A stretch of DNA of 64,000 bases, from assembly GCA_019828565.1 (NCBI GenBank), contig JAHDYR010000012.1, positions 806,001 through 870,000 of the forward strand. The letters are read 5' to 3'. The notes under the pieces were generated by a model that had not been told where the DNA came from, did not search any database, and worked only from the letters and a program-made list of their open reading frames with translations. Positions 21,965 to 32,415 of this stretch are shown here, piece after piece. Source of the stretch: Carpediemonas membranifera BICM (taxonomy: Eukaryota > Protista > Fornicata). The stretch's first letter is position 1. The number at the start of each line of letters is the position of its first letter. The translations under genes and the position numbers were made by a program.

Positions 21965-24390
21965 ATGGCCGCTGCAACCAGCAGCGAATCCGCTCCGGCC
22001 AAGAAGAAAGGCAGACGTCCTCGCTGGAACAGAGGGAAGAAGAAGAGCCAGAAGGATTCTTCAGCCGAGACTGAGCAGCCTGCTACAGAGAAACAAGCTG
22101 ACAAACCTGCCAAGTCCCGGAAGCCTGCACCGCGCCAGTCTAAGCCGCACACTGTGGGCCCCCTGTTACAGTGTCCCCCGCCGCCGCAGGGAGCGGACAG
22201 GCGGGACGTGCTCGCGTATAAGCTCGCGACAGAGACGCTCGACTGCCCCATCTGCCTGAAGCCCGTCCGTGCCCGCAGCCAGGTGTCCGCCTGCAGGGGC
22301 TGCCATGAGGTGTTCCACCTGGCGTGCCTCAAGAAGTGGGCCGCAGTGCGCCAGCTCGACGGCGGGAAGTCCTTCGCGTGCCCGTGCTGCAACCTCGTCC
22401 AGCACACTGAGAAGGCATACCGTTGCTTCTGCGGCAAGGAGACGAACCCCGTGACCCCGGCTGGCGCGACCCCCCACACGTGTGGCGCCCTCTGCGGCAA
22501 GACGAGGCCCCACTGCCCCCACCCGTGCCCCCTGCCCTGCCACCCCGGCTCCTGCCCCGAGTGCGGCGCGCTGGGTCCAACAGTCGTCTGTTTCTGCGGC
22601 AAGAGCACCCATGCCACGCGGTGCGGGTCCGACCCCAGAGCCGGCTGGTCCTGCGGGGAGGTCTGCGGCAGGCCCCTGGCATGCGGCCACCACACGTGCA
22701 CGCTGCCCTGTCACGACGGGCCATGCCCCGAGTGCCCGCAGACAAGCCGCACCAGCTGCCACTGCGGCGCCGTCTCCCGGGACCTACCGTGCGGCTCGGC
22801 TGCCTTCTCCTGCGGCCAGTCCTGCCCCCACGGCCAGCCCTGCCCCATGGTCTGCCACGAGGGGCTGTGCCCGACCCTCGCCCTGCCCGGCCAAGTGGTG
22901 CCGAGGACGGTGCCAGCCGACCTGTCCTGCGGGCACGCCGGACATGCCGTCGCCCTCTCGTCGGGCGCGGTCGAGTTCCCCCCGATCCCCCTGCCCTGCA
23001 CCGCGGACACGACCGTCTCCTGCCGCTGCGGCCGGACCACCGTCACTGTGCCATGCCGCGACCTCGGCACCTCGCCCCTCGCCCTCGTCGCACAGGCGCT
23101 GACGGGCCCCGTGACCGTGGGCCAGCTCCCCCAGGAGGCATTGACCGTCATCAGGGGCATCACGCCGCAGGACCGCCGCCCGACTCGGATCGAGCATCTC
23201 ATGTTTGTGCTGAGCGGCGGCCTGCCGACAATCGGGCTGGACCAATCCGCGGGGGAGTACGCCATCGGCCGCCACAGCGACGCGTGGCCCACCTGCACCC
23301 GGCGCTGCGACGCCCTGCTGGCCTGTGGCGTCCACCGCTGCACGAGGGTCTGCTGCGACGGGGCCGACCACGCATGCCACCGGACCTGCGCCAAGCCCCT
23401 GTCGTGCGGCAAGCACCGCTGCCCCCTGCCCTGCCATACCGGCGCATGCCCGCCCTGCTCCGAGGTCGTCTCTACCCAGACGTGGACGTGCGCGTGCGGC
23501 CGGACCCACGTGCCGCCACCGATCCGGTGCGGGGACGTCATGCCGCAGTGCCCGCACCCCTGCCCCAGGCGGAGGGAGTGCAGCCACCCCGTCGACCACG
23601 GCTGCCACGAGGGCCAGTGCCCGCCCTGCACCGCCAGAGTCCCGCGGGTGTGCGCCGGCGGACACACCAAGGTGTGGGCCGCGTGCGGCAGCCCCTGCCC
23701 GAAGCCAGTTTCGTGCGGCGCCTCGTGCAACCGCCCGCTCCCGTGCGGCCACCGCTGCCACGCCAAGTGCCACGATGGCGTCTGCCCGCCCTGTACTGAC
23801 ACCCCTGCGGCAAGCGTCTGCCGTGCGGCCACGCCTGCTCCCAGCCCTGCGGCCATGGTGGCGAGTGCGGGCCGTGCGAGGCGGTCGAGCTGGCCCGGTG
23901 CGCCTGCGGACTCCAGCAGCTTCGGGCGCCGTGCTCGCCAGAGCCCCCTGCCTGCACACCGGCCTGCGTTCCCCTGCGCAGGGCGAGACTGGCTCCGCTC
24001 GCTGGCCGCAACCTGACCATGCCCGGCGTCGAGCTGAGCGCCATCCCGACCGAGCCAGGCGACCGGCCTGCCCCCGCCACCCTCGACCTGGCCCGCACGG
24101 CGTTCGTGCTGCACCTGCCCTGCGCCGACGGCCCCGCGAGACTGTCGACCGTGCCGGACGTCGTGGGGGCCAGCACCGTGGCGGCGACGATCACGGCGGT
24201 CGAGTTCGAGGCCGGCGTGCCCGACACAGTATGCGGCCTGCCCTTCTTCGTGCTCAACAGCTGGTCCGACGGGCTTCAGTTCCTCGAGCCGACGGACAGC
24301 GGCGAGGACGACGACGAGGACGACTTCGGCCTGTTCCGGCCCCCGACAGAGGCGATCGAGTGGGACGCAGTTATTGCTGCATGGGAGTAA
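21965..24390 (+). CDS. NFXL1: NF-X1/NFXL1-type zinc-finger protein; one apparent 1-nt frameshift near 23803
   Basis: RING/PHD CPIC...CRGCHEVFHLAC...W...CPCC, then many CGxHxCxxxCHxGxCPxC repeats; adding one C to the run at 23802-23805 continues PCGKRLPCGHAC into ORF 24019-24390. Confidence 0.8.
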
Positions 24391-24414
24391 ACACATTAGC
24401 GCCTAGGCGTCGTT

Positions 24415-25689
24415 TTAATTGAGGGGGCAGAGCTTGTTGGCCCGGGCGAGGGCAGCAATCATCGCATCCCAGAAGGCAGGCACGTCGAGCTTGGTGCAGA
24501 CGGTGGCGTTCGGCTCCTGCTTCTGGAATCCGTACATGTCACAGCACGTGGCGCCGGCACACATGCCCTGGGTCTCGACGGCCAGGTGAACGGCCTTCGT
24601 CTCGAACAGCTCGGGGGCGACAGCGAAGAGGACGGCGCAAGGGTCATGGACGGGGGGGTGGTCGAAGTGGAAGACCTCGCGGTACGTCTCCTCGAAGAAG
24701 CCGAGCAGCTTGACCAGCACGTCGTGCAGCTTAGTGGCGCCCATGCCCTCTGCCATCTGGGTCTTGACGGCCTCGGTGATGGTGACGGTGTGGGTCACGT
24801 CGAGTGGGACCATCGTCACAGGGACTCCGCTGGCGGCGACGATGGCGGCGGCCTCAGGGTCGCACTGGATGTTGAACTCGCTGAAGGAACCGGTGTTGCC
24901 CATGTTGTACGTGCCACCCATGAAGACGACCTCGATGTGCTTCTTCAGCTCAGGGAAGGCCTTGAGAAGTATGGCGATGTTCGTCTGGGCGCCGGTCGCC
25001 ACGAGCTTGACGCGGCAGCTGCGGGCCTTAGAGGCGCTGATAATACGCTGTGCGATCTCCGCGAAGGGAGACTCGGGGCGTATGATCATCGGCTCGGGGT
25101 CAAAGTCAACGGTGTCCCAGAAGGCGGAGGTCAGCCCGCCCAGGCCGCTCTCGCCGTGGATCTCTGCACACTGCTGGGGCGCGCGGAGGATGGGGTCGGT
25201 GCTGCCCGGGATGACATCCCTCTTGGCCCCTGCAAGGAAGAGGCTGCGAGCGGCGTTGTCGGTGACCTTGGCGAGTGTCTGGTTGCCCTGGACAGTGGAG
25301 ATGCCGATGAGCGAAATCCCGGGGTGGTGGACGGCCAGCATGATGGCGAGCATGTCGTCGTGGCCCGGGTCGCAGTCGAGCCACATCGGGACCGTGGAGA
25401 GGTCCTCGCCCTCGACGCTGCAGACCGTGCGGGCCTCAGCGTTGAGCGCGGCGGTGATACAGATCTCGCGTCCGAACAGAGGGAACGAATAACCTATTTT
25501 TGCACTCTCGATGAAGTTCTCCGGGACACGGGTGCGACGCAGCGTAGTCTGGCGCGTGCTGCTGATCAGCTCGATCTCATTGGTGGCCGAAAAGAACACC
25601 ATCGTCTGTGATGAGGCCTTACGACCTTCCTCCTGCACAGAGACAGAGAATTCAGCGCGTTTCTCTTGGTTATCTGACGTCGAAAACAT
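24415..25689 (-). CDS. Inosine/uridine-preferring nucleoside hydrolase with a ~100-aa N-terminal extension
   Basis: WLDCDPGHDD, HGESGLGG, SEFNIQCDPEAA, VPLDVTH, VHDP. Confidence 0.9.
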   Translation of the reverse strand: MFSTSDNQEKRAEFSVSVQEEGRKASSQTMVFFSATNEIELISSTRQTTLRRTRVPENFIESAKIGYSFPLFGREICITAALNAEARTVCSVEGEDLSTVPMWLDCDPGHDDMLAIMLAVHHPGISLIGISTVQGNQTLAKVTDNAARSLFLAGAKRDVIPGSTDPILRAPQQCAEIHGESGLGGLTSAFWDTVDFDPEPMIIRPESPFAEIAQRIISASKARSCRVKLVATGAQTNIAILLKAFPELKKHIEVVFMGGTYNMGNTGSFSEFNIQCDPEAAAIVAASGVPVTMVPLDVTHTVTITEAVKTQMAEGMGATKLHDVLVKLLGFFEETYREVFHFDHPPVHDPCAVLFAVAPELFETKAVHLAVETQGMCAGATCCDMYGFQKQEPNATVCTKLDVPAFWDAMIAALARANKLCPLN

Positions 25690-25799
25690 CTTGTCAAAAA
25701 CCTGCCAAGGATTTCCCCCTGATCCAGTCAACCTTGGTCTTGCTGGGTGGCATTCAGGCCCGATTCACGTCTCTTTGTTCATTTAGTTTCAGAAAAAAG

Positions 25800-26495
25800 T
25801 TACGCTTCAACTACCTCACGCAATCTCTCACTCACTATATTCAGGATACCCATAATCTTACTGTCGATGTATGCCTTGACTTCGGCTTGGCTCTTGCCGC
25901 TCTTCTTTGCCAGTCGAACTAAGTCGTGATCGGTTGGAAATGGATTCTTGCAGTGGGAGTGAATCCATTTGTCAACTTCTGTCCACTCGGCTGGCTCAAG
26001 ACGGAATTGTGGCTGGGTATTGCTCGAATCAACCGGGGCCACTGCACGCGCAGCTTGGTTGTATGCAGGCACGATACGGACGTGGACATGTTGCCTTGGG
26101 GGTGGCGCAGGGGTCTGTTCTTTTGGTGGCGGGGAAATGTGAAGCTTCTCAATCATCTGTTGAGCACTCGCACGAATTTGCTCACCAAGCTGCTGCTTGC
26201 GTGTGTCAGACAACTCGGCAATGCTCGCTACCGACTCAGCACGAAAGTCTGCACTGTTGGTGATTGATTGCTTCACATCCTCGACAGAGTTCCCGGACTG
26301 TAATGCCATACCAGCGATTCTCTCAACACTAGGACCACGATTCTCGGCAGCTTTCTTCAGTTTGTCGTCACATTTCGCATGAAGAGCGTGAATGTCGGCG
26401 AAAAAGGGATGATTGATGATTTGCTCAACGGTGAGCGAGGCTGGACAACTAGAGCGGTTCTGAATGCGATAATCTTTCAGTTTTGGGTATGTCAT
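25800..26495 (-). CDS. Divergent TALE-class homeodomain protein with a KNOX/MEINOX-like N-terminal motif (intact copy)
   Basis: KWIHSHCKNPFPTDHDLVRLAKKSGKSQAEV follows TALE W..H..NPYP.....LA..G....QV; QIINHPFFADIHALHAKC resembles KNOX1/MEIS I..HPL. Confidence 0.7.
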   Translation of the reverse strand: MTYPKLKDYRIQNRSSCPASLTVEQIINHPFFADIHALHAKCDDKLKKAAENRGPSVERIAGMALQSGNSVEDVKQSITNSADFRAESVASIAELSDTRKQQLGEQIRASAQQMIEKLHISPPPKEQTPAPPPRQHVHVRIVPAYNQAARAVAPVDSSNTQPQFRLEPAEWTEVDKWIHSHCKNPFPTDHDLVRLAKKSGKSQAEVKAYIDSKIMGILNIVSERLREVVEA

Positions 26496-26665
26496 GCGCA
26501 CTTTCGAAGTTGCGATTCAGCCAGCGTGTCAAACGGGCCACATCTTCCACGTTTTGACGCGTTTACCGTACCGTAAATCAGAGCGATAAATGTATGAACT
26601 GAGGAAATGGACGCGGCGGAGAATGAAAGCTGAGTCGATTCAGCATACTTTGTCAACGTCTTGTT

Positions 26666-27170
26666 TTACATTGCGGCAATCATCTGCATATAAGCTTGCT
26701 CTGCATGTTCACTTGAGGCGAATCTCACACGTTGATCAGCGACAGACCAGCTATCATCAACCAACTCACATTCATCAGTTGAGAAGCGCTTAACCATATT
26801 CGTGTTCAAATCAGTCAACCAGGCTTGGCCGTTGCGAATCTCAAGAACCGCATCGCTGCTGCCAGAGGCACTCACTGCAGCGACAAAATCGCGGTAAATT
26901 TCATCCAGGTTGCTTGAATCGTCAATGAGGGAAGTCAGCTCCTGCTCAAATCCAAGGGCAACATCGGGAGATTGGAATGCTATTTCGACGTCACCGCAAA
27001 ATGCCGGGTCATTGGGGGATATGATCACAGATGTACCAAGATTCAGCAGCACGCTCTTCTTGTTGTACGGAATTTTGACAAACTTTCGGTCAATGGTGTA
27101 TCCAACGCATTTTGGGAAGACTCTGTGTGAGAACGAGAAATAAAGACAAGCATTACGTCCCCGCGCGCAT
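26666..27170 (-). CDS. Hypothetical protein spanning the spacer and left arm; intron 27123-27156
   Basis: 34-nt GTAATG..CTCACACAG intron links ATG 27170 in frame to ORF 26666-27052. Confidence 0.5.
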
Positions 27171-27598
27171 TACCAATGGAAATGAACTGAACGTTGTCGT
27201 ACTTTGCCATTGAGAATTTCAAGGCATCGCTTCTTCCACACAAAATGTGCAGATTAAGAATGAATTGAAATGTGGTTGACTGATTTGAACACGAATATGG
27301 TTAAGCGCTTCTCAACTGATGAATGTGAGTTGGTTGATGATAGCTGGTCTGTCGCTGATCAACGTGTGAGATTCGCCTCAAGTGAACATGCAGAGCAAGC
27401 TTATATGCAGATGATTGCCGCAATGTAAAACAAGACGTTGACAAAGTATGCTGAATCGACTCAGCTTTCATTCTCTGCCGCGTCCATTTCCTCAGTTCAT
27501 ACATTTATCGCTCTGATTTACGGTACGGTAAACGCGTCAAAACGTGGAAGATGTGGCCCGTTTGACACGCTGGCTGAATCGCAACTTCGAAAGTGCGC

Positions 27599-28293
27599 AT
27601 GACATACCCAAAACTGAAAGATTATCGCATTCAGAACCGCTCTAGTTGTCCAGCCTCGCTCACCGTTGAGCAAATCATCAATCATCCCTTTTTCGCCGAC
27701 ATTCACGCTCTTCATGCGAAATGTGACGACAAACTGAAGAAAGCTGCCGAGAATCGTGGTCCTAGTGTTGAGAGAATCGCTGGTATGGCATTACAGTCCG
27801 GGAACTCTGTCGAGGATGTGAAGCAATCAATCACCAACAGTGCAGACTTTCGTGCTGAGTCGGTAGCGAGCATTGCCGAGTTGTCTGACACACGCAAGCA
27901 GCAGCTTGGTGAGCAAATTCGTGCGAGTGCTCAACAGATGATTGAGAAGCTTCACATTTCCCCGCCACCAAAGAACAGACCCCTGCGCCACCCCCAAGGC
28001 AACATGTCCACGTCCGTATCGTGCCTGCATACAACCAAGCTGCGCGTGCAGTGGCCCCGGTTGATTCGAGCAATACCCAGCCACAATTCCGTCTTGAGCC
28101 AGCCGAGTGGACAGAAGTTGACAAATGGATTCACTCCCACTGCAAGAATCCATTTCCAACCGATCACGACTTAGTTCGACTGGCAAAGAAGAGCGGCAAG
28201 AGCCAAGCCGAAGTCAAGGCATACATCGACAGTAAGATTATGGGTATTCTGAATATAGTGAGTGAGAGATTGCGTGAGGTAGTTGAAGCGTAA
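27599..28293 (+). pseudogene. Second copy of the TALE homeobox gene, frameshifted near 27970 (or homopolymer sequencing error)
   Basis: CCACCAAAGAAC here versus CCACCAAAAGAAC in the left copy. Confidence 0.6.
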
Positions 28294-28721
28294 CTTTTTT
28301 CTGAAACTAAATGAACAAAGAGACGTGAATCGGGCCTGAATGCCACCCAGCAAGACCAAGGTTGACTGGATCAGGGGGAAATCCTTGGCAGGTTTTTGAC
28401 AAGATGTTTTCGACGTCAGATAACCAAGAGAAACCCGAATTGGGATGGTTCGGGTAGTATCTAAATGGACCCTCCGTGTGCTGCATGTATTTCATCTTGA
28501 ATTTTGGCCGCTGCTATGATGGCTTGGCTCTGTGTCACGGGTTAACGCGAATAACCAAGAGGCTTGAATCTGCGCAACGAGCCAATGTTGATGTTTTTTG
28601 AGCAATACTCGGCAATGTGTTGACTGGCTGTCAGTTCTTGTTTGATACATGCAGGAGTCATAAACCATAACGATTTTGCTTGCAGCTTCTTCCACCGATG
28701 ATCCTCTAAAAGTTCCTGTGT

Positions 28722-31145
28722 ATGAGGCTTATTCTCTTAAGCTTTGCTCTTGTTGTTATCTATGCACTTCAACTGACCGCTATTGAAGACGATGGCTCAC
28801 TTCTCTGCCTCACATTTAGTTCTGATGTCGTAATGTCTGCAGAAAGCCTTGTGGCACCAACGTCTGCTGAATCCGAGACTGTTGGAAAGTCATACCCATT
28901 CATGTATTACATCTTGACGTCAGAATTTGGCGAGATTGCTCAGTTTCTGAATATTAGCAGCGCTGATTCATCCTCCAATCGCGTTTGCTTTGATAGCCCG
29001 CCCTCTCCAGCCGTTGATGACTGCGCTATTACAGTGCTGGAGCGTTTATCGGTCTGTTCCGCTGCTTCTACTTCTTTGTGCAACCAAGGAATGACTGTGA
29101 GGTTGAGTGGTGATTGTTCAGGAGAAATATCTCTTCCTATCTCCTTTCCTGCATCTTGCGAGGAGTCTTTTCTCAACATTGCCATTCCAAATGACTCGGC
29201 CGAGATGGAGGGACAGTTCTGTCTTGATACTTCCAGTGCTCCGTCATATTATCTGAACTTCTCGGGAACAACGACGACGGTGAATCACAATTCCATCACA
29301 TCAACTCAGTATGTTCCGGATTGCTCTTCGTCAACTGTCTACAATCTAGGGGTGGAGTCATTTCAGGTGACTGTTGACGACGTTGGTTCGACCGTTGTCC
29401 TTGGTGGCACCTCCACAGACTATCCAATTGTTCATCAGTATTCATACGAGGAAATCACATCGTTCGCCATCTACGATCTTAATCGCGCAGAGCTGAGCTG
29501 GTGGATGACGATCACAGATTCTCAAATGGAGGCTGCCTACGATAGTTGCGTCACATCGAACCAGTGCAATTACTTTCTTTTCGATTCATCAAGCACTACA
29601 ACTGCCCCTGCAACGTTTTCTGACTTCCAGCTATCCGTTGAAAAGGTTATAGATTTATCTGGTGCAGAGTTGCTGTACTATCAGCGCAAGTGGTATCCAT
29701 CATCTTTGGACTGGGCCGTCAATCATCTCATCGAACGAACTTACGACAATCCTGCTTATCTGACTGATATTTCCCCACTTTATCTTGGTGTCAGATCAAG
29801 TGGGTTTGGATATGAAGTGTTCAACAGTACAATCATCGAGAGTGTGACTGATCAGTTCTCAGTTTCTGTTAGACATACTTCGTCGGATGGTCTCGTGGCC
29901 TTCAGTGCCAACGGAGACAATGTTGATGTCGAGGGAAGTTTCGTGAAGCTTGACCCTTACCCGACGATATCTCTCGGCGATGAGGTATTCATTCTGCTCA
30001 GTCGTCCGTCCTCTGATTTAGAGACGTCGCCATTCGATCTTTCGAAGGTCGAGAATGTTGTCTTCTCTGAATCTGCCAACCCCATCATTACGAGTTCTTC
30101 TTACGAGATTGAAGCTTGCTCAGAGACAAGCTGGGACAATTCTTTGCGGAACACTGAATGTGATTCGGTTTATAACTGTGAACTTTCCGAATCCTCCGTA
30201 TTTGATGTTGAGGCAGCGTGTCATCTCTATCCACGCACTCGGAGCGTTTCCTTTTCGATGCTCCTCAAGGATGAACCATCCATCGATAACGCTGCCGTAT
30301 TCTCCACGAAGCCGCTTGTTGCGACGTTCACGGCGTCCCCCGCGGCCCCCTACGACTTCTACACGGCCGACCTCGCCCTGTCCGTCGAGACGTCCGCCGA
30401 CGCCAACGTCACCATCTCCTGCGACACGGGGGACACCACCAAGGAGATCATCGCTGTCCCAGACGGCACAGTCACCCGCACCACGACCCTGACGCTGCCG
30501 ACGTACTACGGACGGTGGCGGGACCGCTGCCTCTTCGACGTGCCAGAGCCCAAGCTGGGCGGGTGTGCTGCGTCCATTGTCAGCCTGGGCACCGACACGC
30601 TCGTCGTCAACACCACCGTCACCAACAGCGGCACGCTCGACGGCACCTTCACCGGCTACGTCACGGTGGCGTCTGCCGAGGGCGACTTCGCGGCCACTGA
30701 GCAGTTCGACGTCGCCATCGAGGGCTCCCCCCTGGCGGCCGGCGTGACGGTGCTGTCGTACTCGTTCGCCGTGCCGGAGGACGCCGCGGGCTTCACGGCC
30801 ACGGCGACGTGCCACCTCTCGGCCGAGTTCGACGACTGCTGGTTCCAGTCGGGGCTCGACGAGCTCAACGCGGACGCCAGCGACACCATCACCCGTGTCG
30901 TCGGCACCGTCGAGGACGTGGGCCCGATCGACTCCATCGCGGCGGCTGTCACGCAGCTGCATACCCGCGTTATCGCCACCGCTGTTGCCACGGTGCTGGC
31001 CGTGCTGTCGCCCTGGCTCCCCGACACGACACCCGACCTCGTCGTCGTGCAGGTGGCCACCGGGATCGGCCTTGGGGCCCTTGGCCTCGCCTCAGCGACC
31101 GTGCTGGGCGGCGCACTGTTGGCGCTGTCGTGGTTGAAGGTGTGA
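28722..31145 (+). CDS. Surface membrane protein: signal peptide, Cys-containing beta-rich ectodomain, Ig-like domain, C-terminal TM segment(s)
   Basis: 807-aa ORF; MRLILLSFALVVIYA signal; VTNSGTLDGTF Ig/CARDB-like motif; two hydrophobic C-terminal stretches. Confidence 0.85.
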   Translation: MRLILLSFALVVIYALQLTAIEDDGSLLCLTFSSDVVMSAESLVAPTSAESETVGKSYPFMYYILTSEFGEIAQFLNISSADSSSNRVCFDSPPSPAVDDCAITVLERLSVCSAASTSLCNQGMTVRLSGDCSGEISLPISFPASCEESFLNIAIPNDSAEMEGQFCLDTSSAPSYYLNFSGTTTTVNHNSITSTQYVPDCSSSTVYNLGVESFQVTVDDVGSTVVLGGTSTDYPIVHQYSYEEITSFAIYDLNRAELSWWMTITDSQMEAAYDSCVTSNQCNYFLFDSSSTTTAPATFSDFQLSVEKVIDLSGAELLYYQRKWYPSSLDWAVNHLIERTYDNPAYLTDISPLYLGVRSSGFGYEVFNSTIIESVTDQFSVSVRHTSSDGLVAFSANGDNVDVEGSFVKLDPYPTISLGDEVFILLSRPSSDLETSPFDLSKVENVVFSESANPIITSSSYEIEACSETSWDNSLRNTECDSVYNCELSESSVFDVEAACHLYPRTRSVSFSMLLKDEPSIDNAAVFSTKPLVATFTASPAAPYDFYTADLALSVETSADANVTISCDTGDTTKEIIAVPDGTVTRTTTLTLPTYYGRWRDRCLFDVPEPKLGGCAASIVSLGTDTLVVNTTVTNSGTLDGTFTGYVTVASAEGDFAATEQFDVAIEGSPLAAGVTVLSYSFAVPEDAAGFTATATCHLSAEFDDCWFQSGLDELNADASDTITRVVGTVEDVGPIDSIAAAVTQLHTRVIATAVATVLAVLSPWLPDTTPDLVVVQVATGIGLGALGLASATVLGGALLALSWLKV

Positions 31146-32415
31146 GTAACCTACCTTACAGTAAATGAAGTGTGTGCTGCATGGCCTCGGGTCCGTGATC
31201 ATTATCGCCCAGTCTCTCATCCTGAGGCTCGTGGCACCGGATGGTTCTCAGCCGTCAGCATTAACGAGATCATAAATCGAGTTAAGCGTGCACACCGGGA
31301 CGGAACGCTGTCGTGGATTTGGTGGAGGAATGAGGGCTAGAAATAGTTGCTATGTCGTTTACTGATACTATATATGCCGTAATGGTGGGTTTTCTCTTCT
31401 ATGAGCTCCTTTTAGCACCAGCATCTCTTCCTTCATCGAGGCATCGAGATTGGGCATGAAATCGCCTTAGGCCGCTCAGTGCCAGTATGCACAGCTATAC
31501 TGCAGCATTTATCTGCCAAAATATTATCGACAACGTTCTTTTACTCAGCAGATCACCTTAACTCCTCTCGCCCTCGTCGCCCGCTCCACCCCGCAGCCAG
31601 CCCTGCAACCAGCATCCCGCAGATGCAATAACTACACTATTCTCTGCGTCAGTTCCGTCCTAGTCGTTCACCCGCCTGTCTGCTGTGGTGCAAGCAAGTG
31701 CAGTTTTTGCAGCTCACGCCAAGAAGCTATCCGCGCCAATGACTGCTCCATCACCCTGCCACTTCATTTGTGTCTTACATGCATGTGGTATTGCGGTCGA
31801 AAGCATCGTTACTAAACTGGAGGGCGGGGTACCTGCCCCTGCAATCCAGCAGGGCTCTCGCCCCACACCGCCCGAGTCAGCTGCAGTCGGACAACATTGT
31901 CCATGAGCATCACTATTTGGTCAGGTGCTTCTAGCCGCACCAGCTCCGATCGGCCGTCTGACTGTCGGGAAGTTGACGGTCTCGAGTCGTGTTGAACTGG
32001 ACAACCATTGGCAATCCCTACAAATCACGCTAAATTTCTTATTCATAGCTAATCATGAAACTATTACGATACGCGTTCAATCACGATGAGCTCTGAGTGT
32101 CGAGACTCGTCTTAACCTGCGATTTCTGAAATCGTCATTTAACTCATTAGCCAGAAGGATGCCATCATCCTTGCTTGCATGAAAGATAGCTCGCTTAATG
32201 CAAGATCTACGATGGTTGATCACTGGTTCATAGTCTCAACCGTGATGAGAAAATTCGCGATTTTCGCTATACGTATTTTGCACTGCCACTCAGAACCCCG
32301 TAAGTTATAAATGTTACAGCGAAAAAGAGAAAGAGATAATCTTGTCCGTACTGGGTAAAGGGCTCGGATTCTCTCACTATTATAGTGTCCAAGTTCCCCT
32401 TCTATCCGCTCATCG

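Larger units (their letters stand above)
25659..28434. repeat. Inverted repeat: arms 25659-26821 and 27273-28434, 451-bp spacer
   Basis: Arms are reverse complements; I see one 1-bp indel and two substitutions. Confidence 0.95.

Noticed and set aside
23795-23810. Programmed frameshift in NF-X1 (and at ~27970, ~57895, ~61805)
   Set aside because: These fall in or beside homopolymer runs, and similar run-length wobble occurs between satellite copies, so long-read indel errors are more likely
2566-25611. Long antisense or alternate-frame ORFs (e.g. 2566-4203, 7327-9192, 12098-13897, 22711-24396)
   Set aside because: Shadow ORFs expected from very high GC3 in the real genes; no motifs
31150-32415. 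Short ORFs between the last gene and the satellite
   Set aside because: No codon bias or motifs; treated as non-coding
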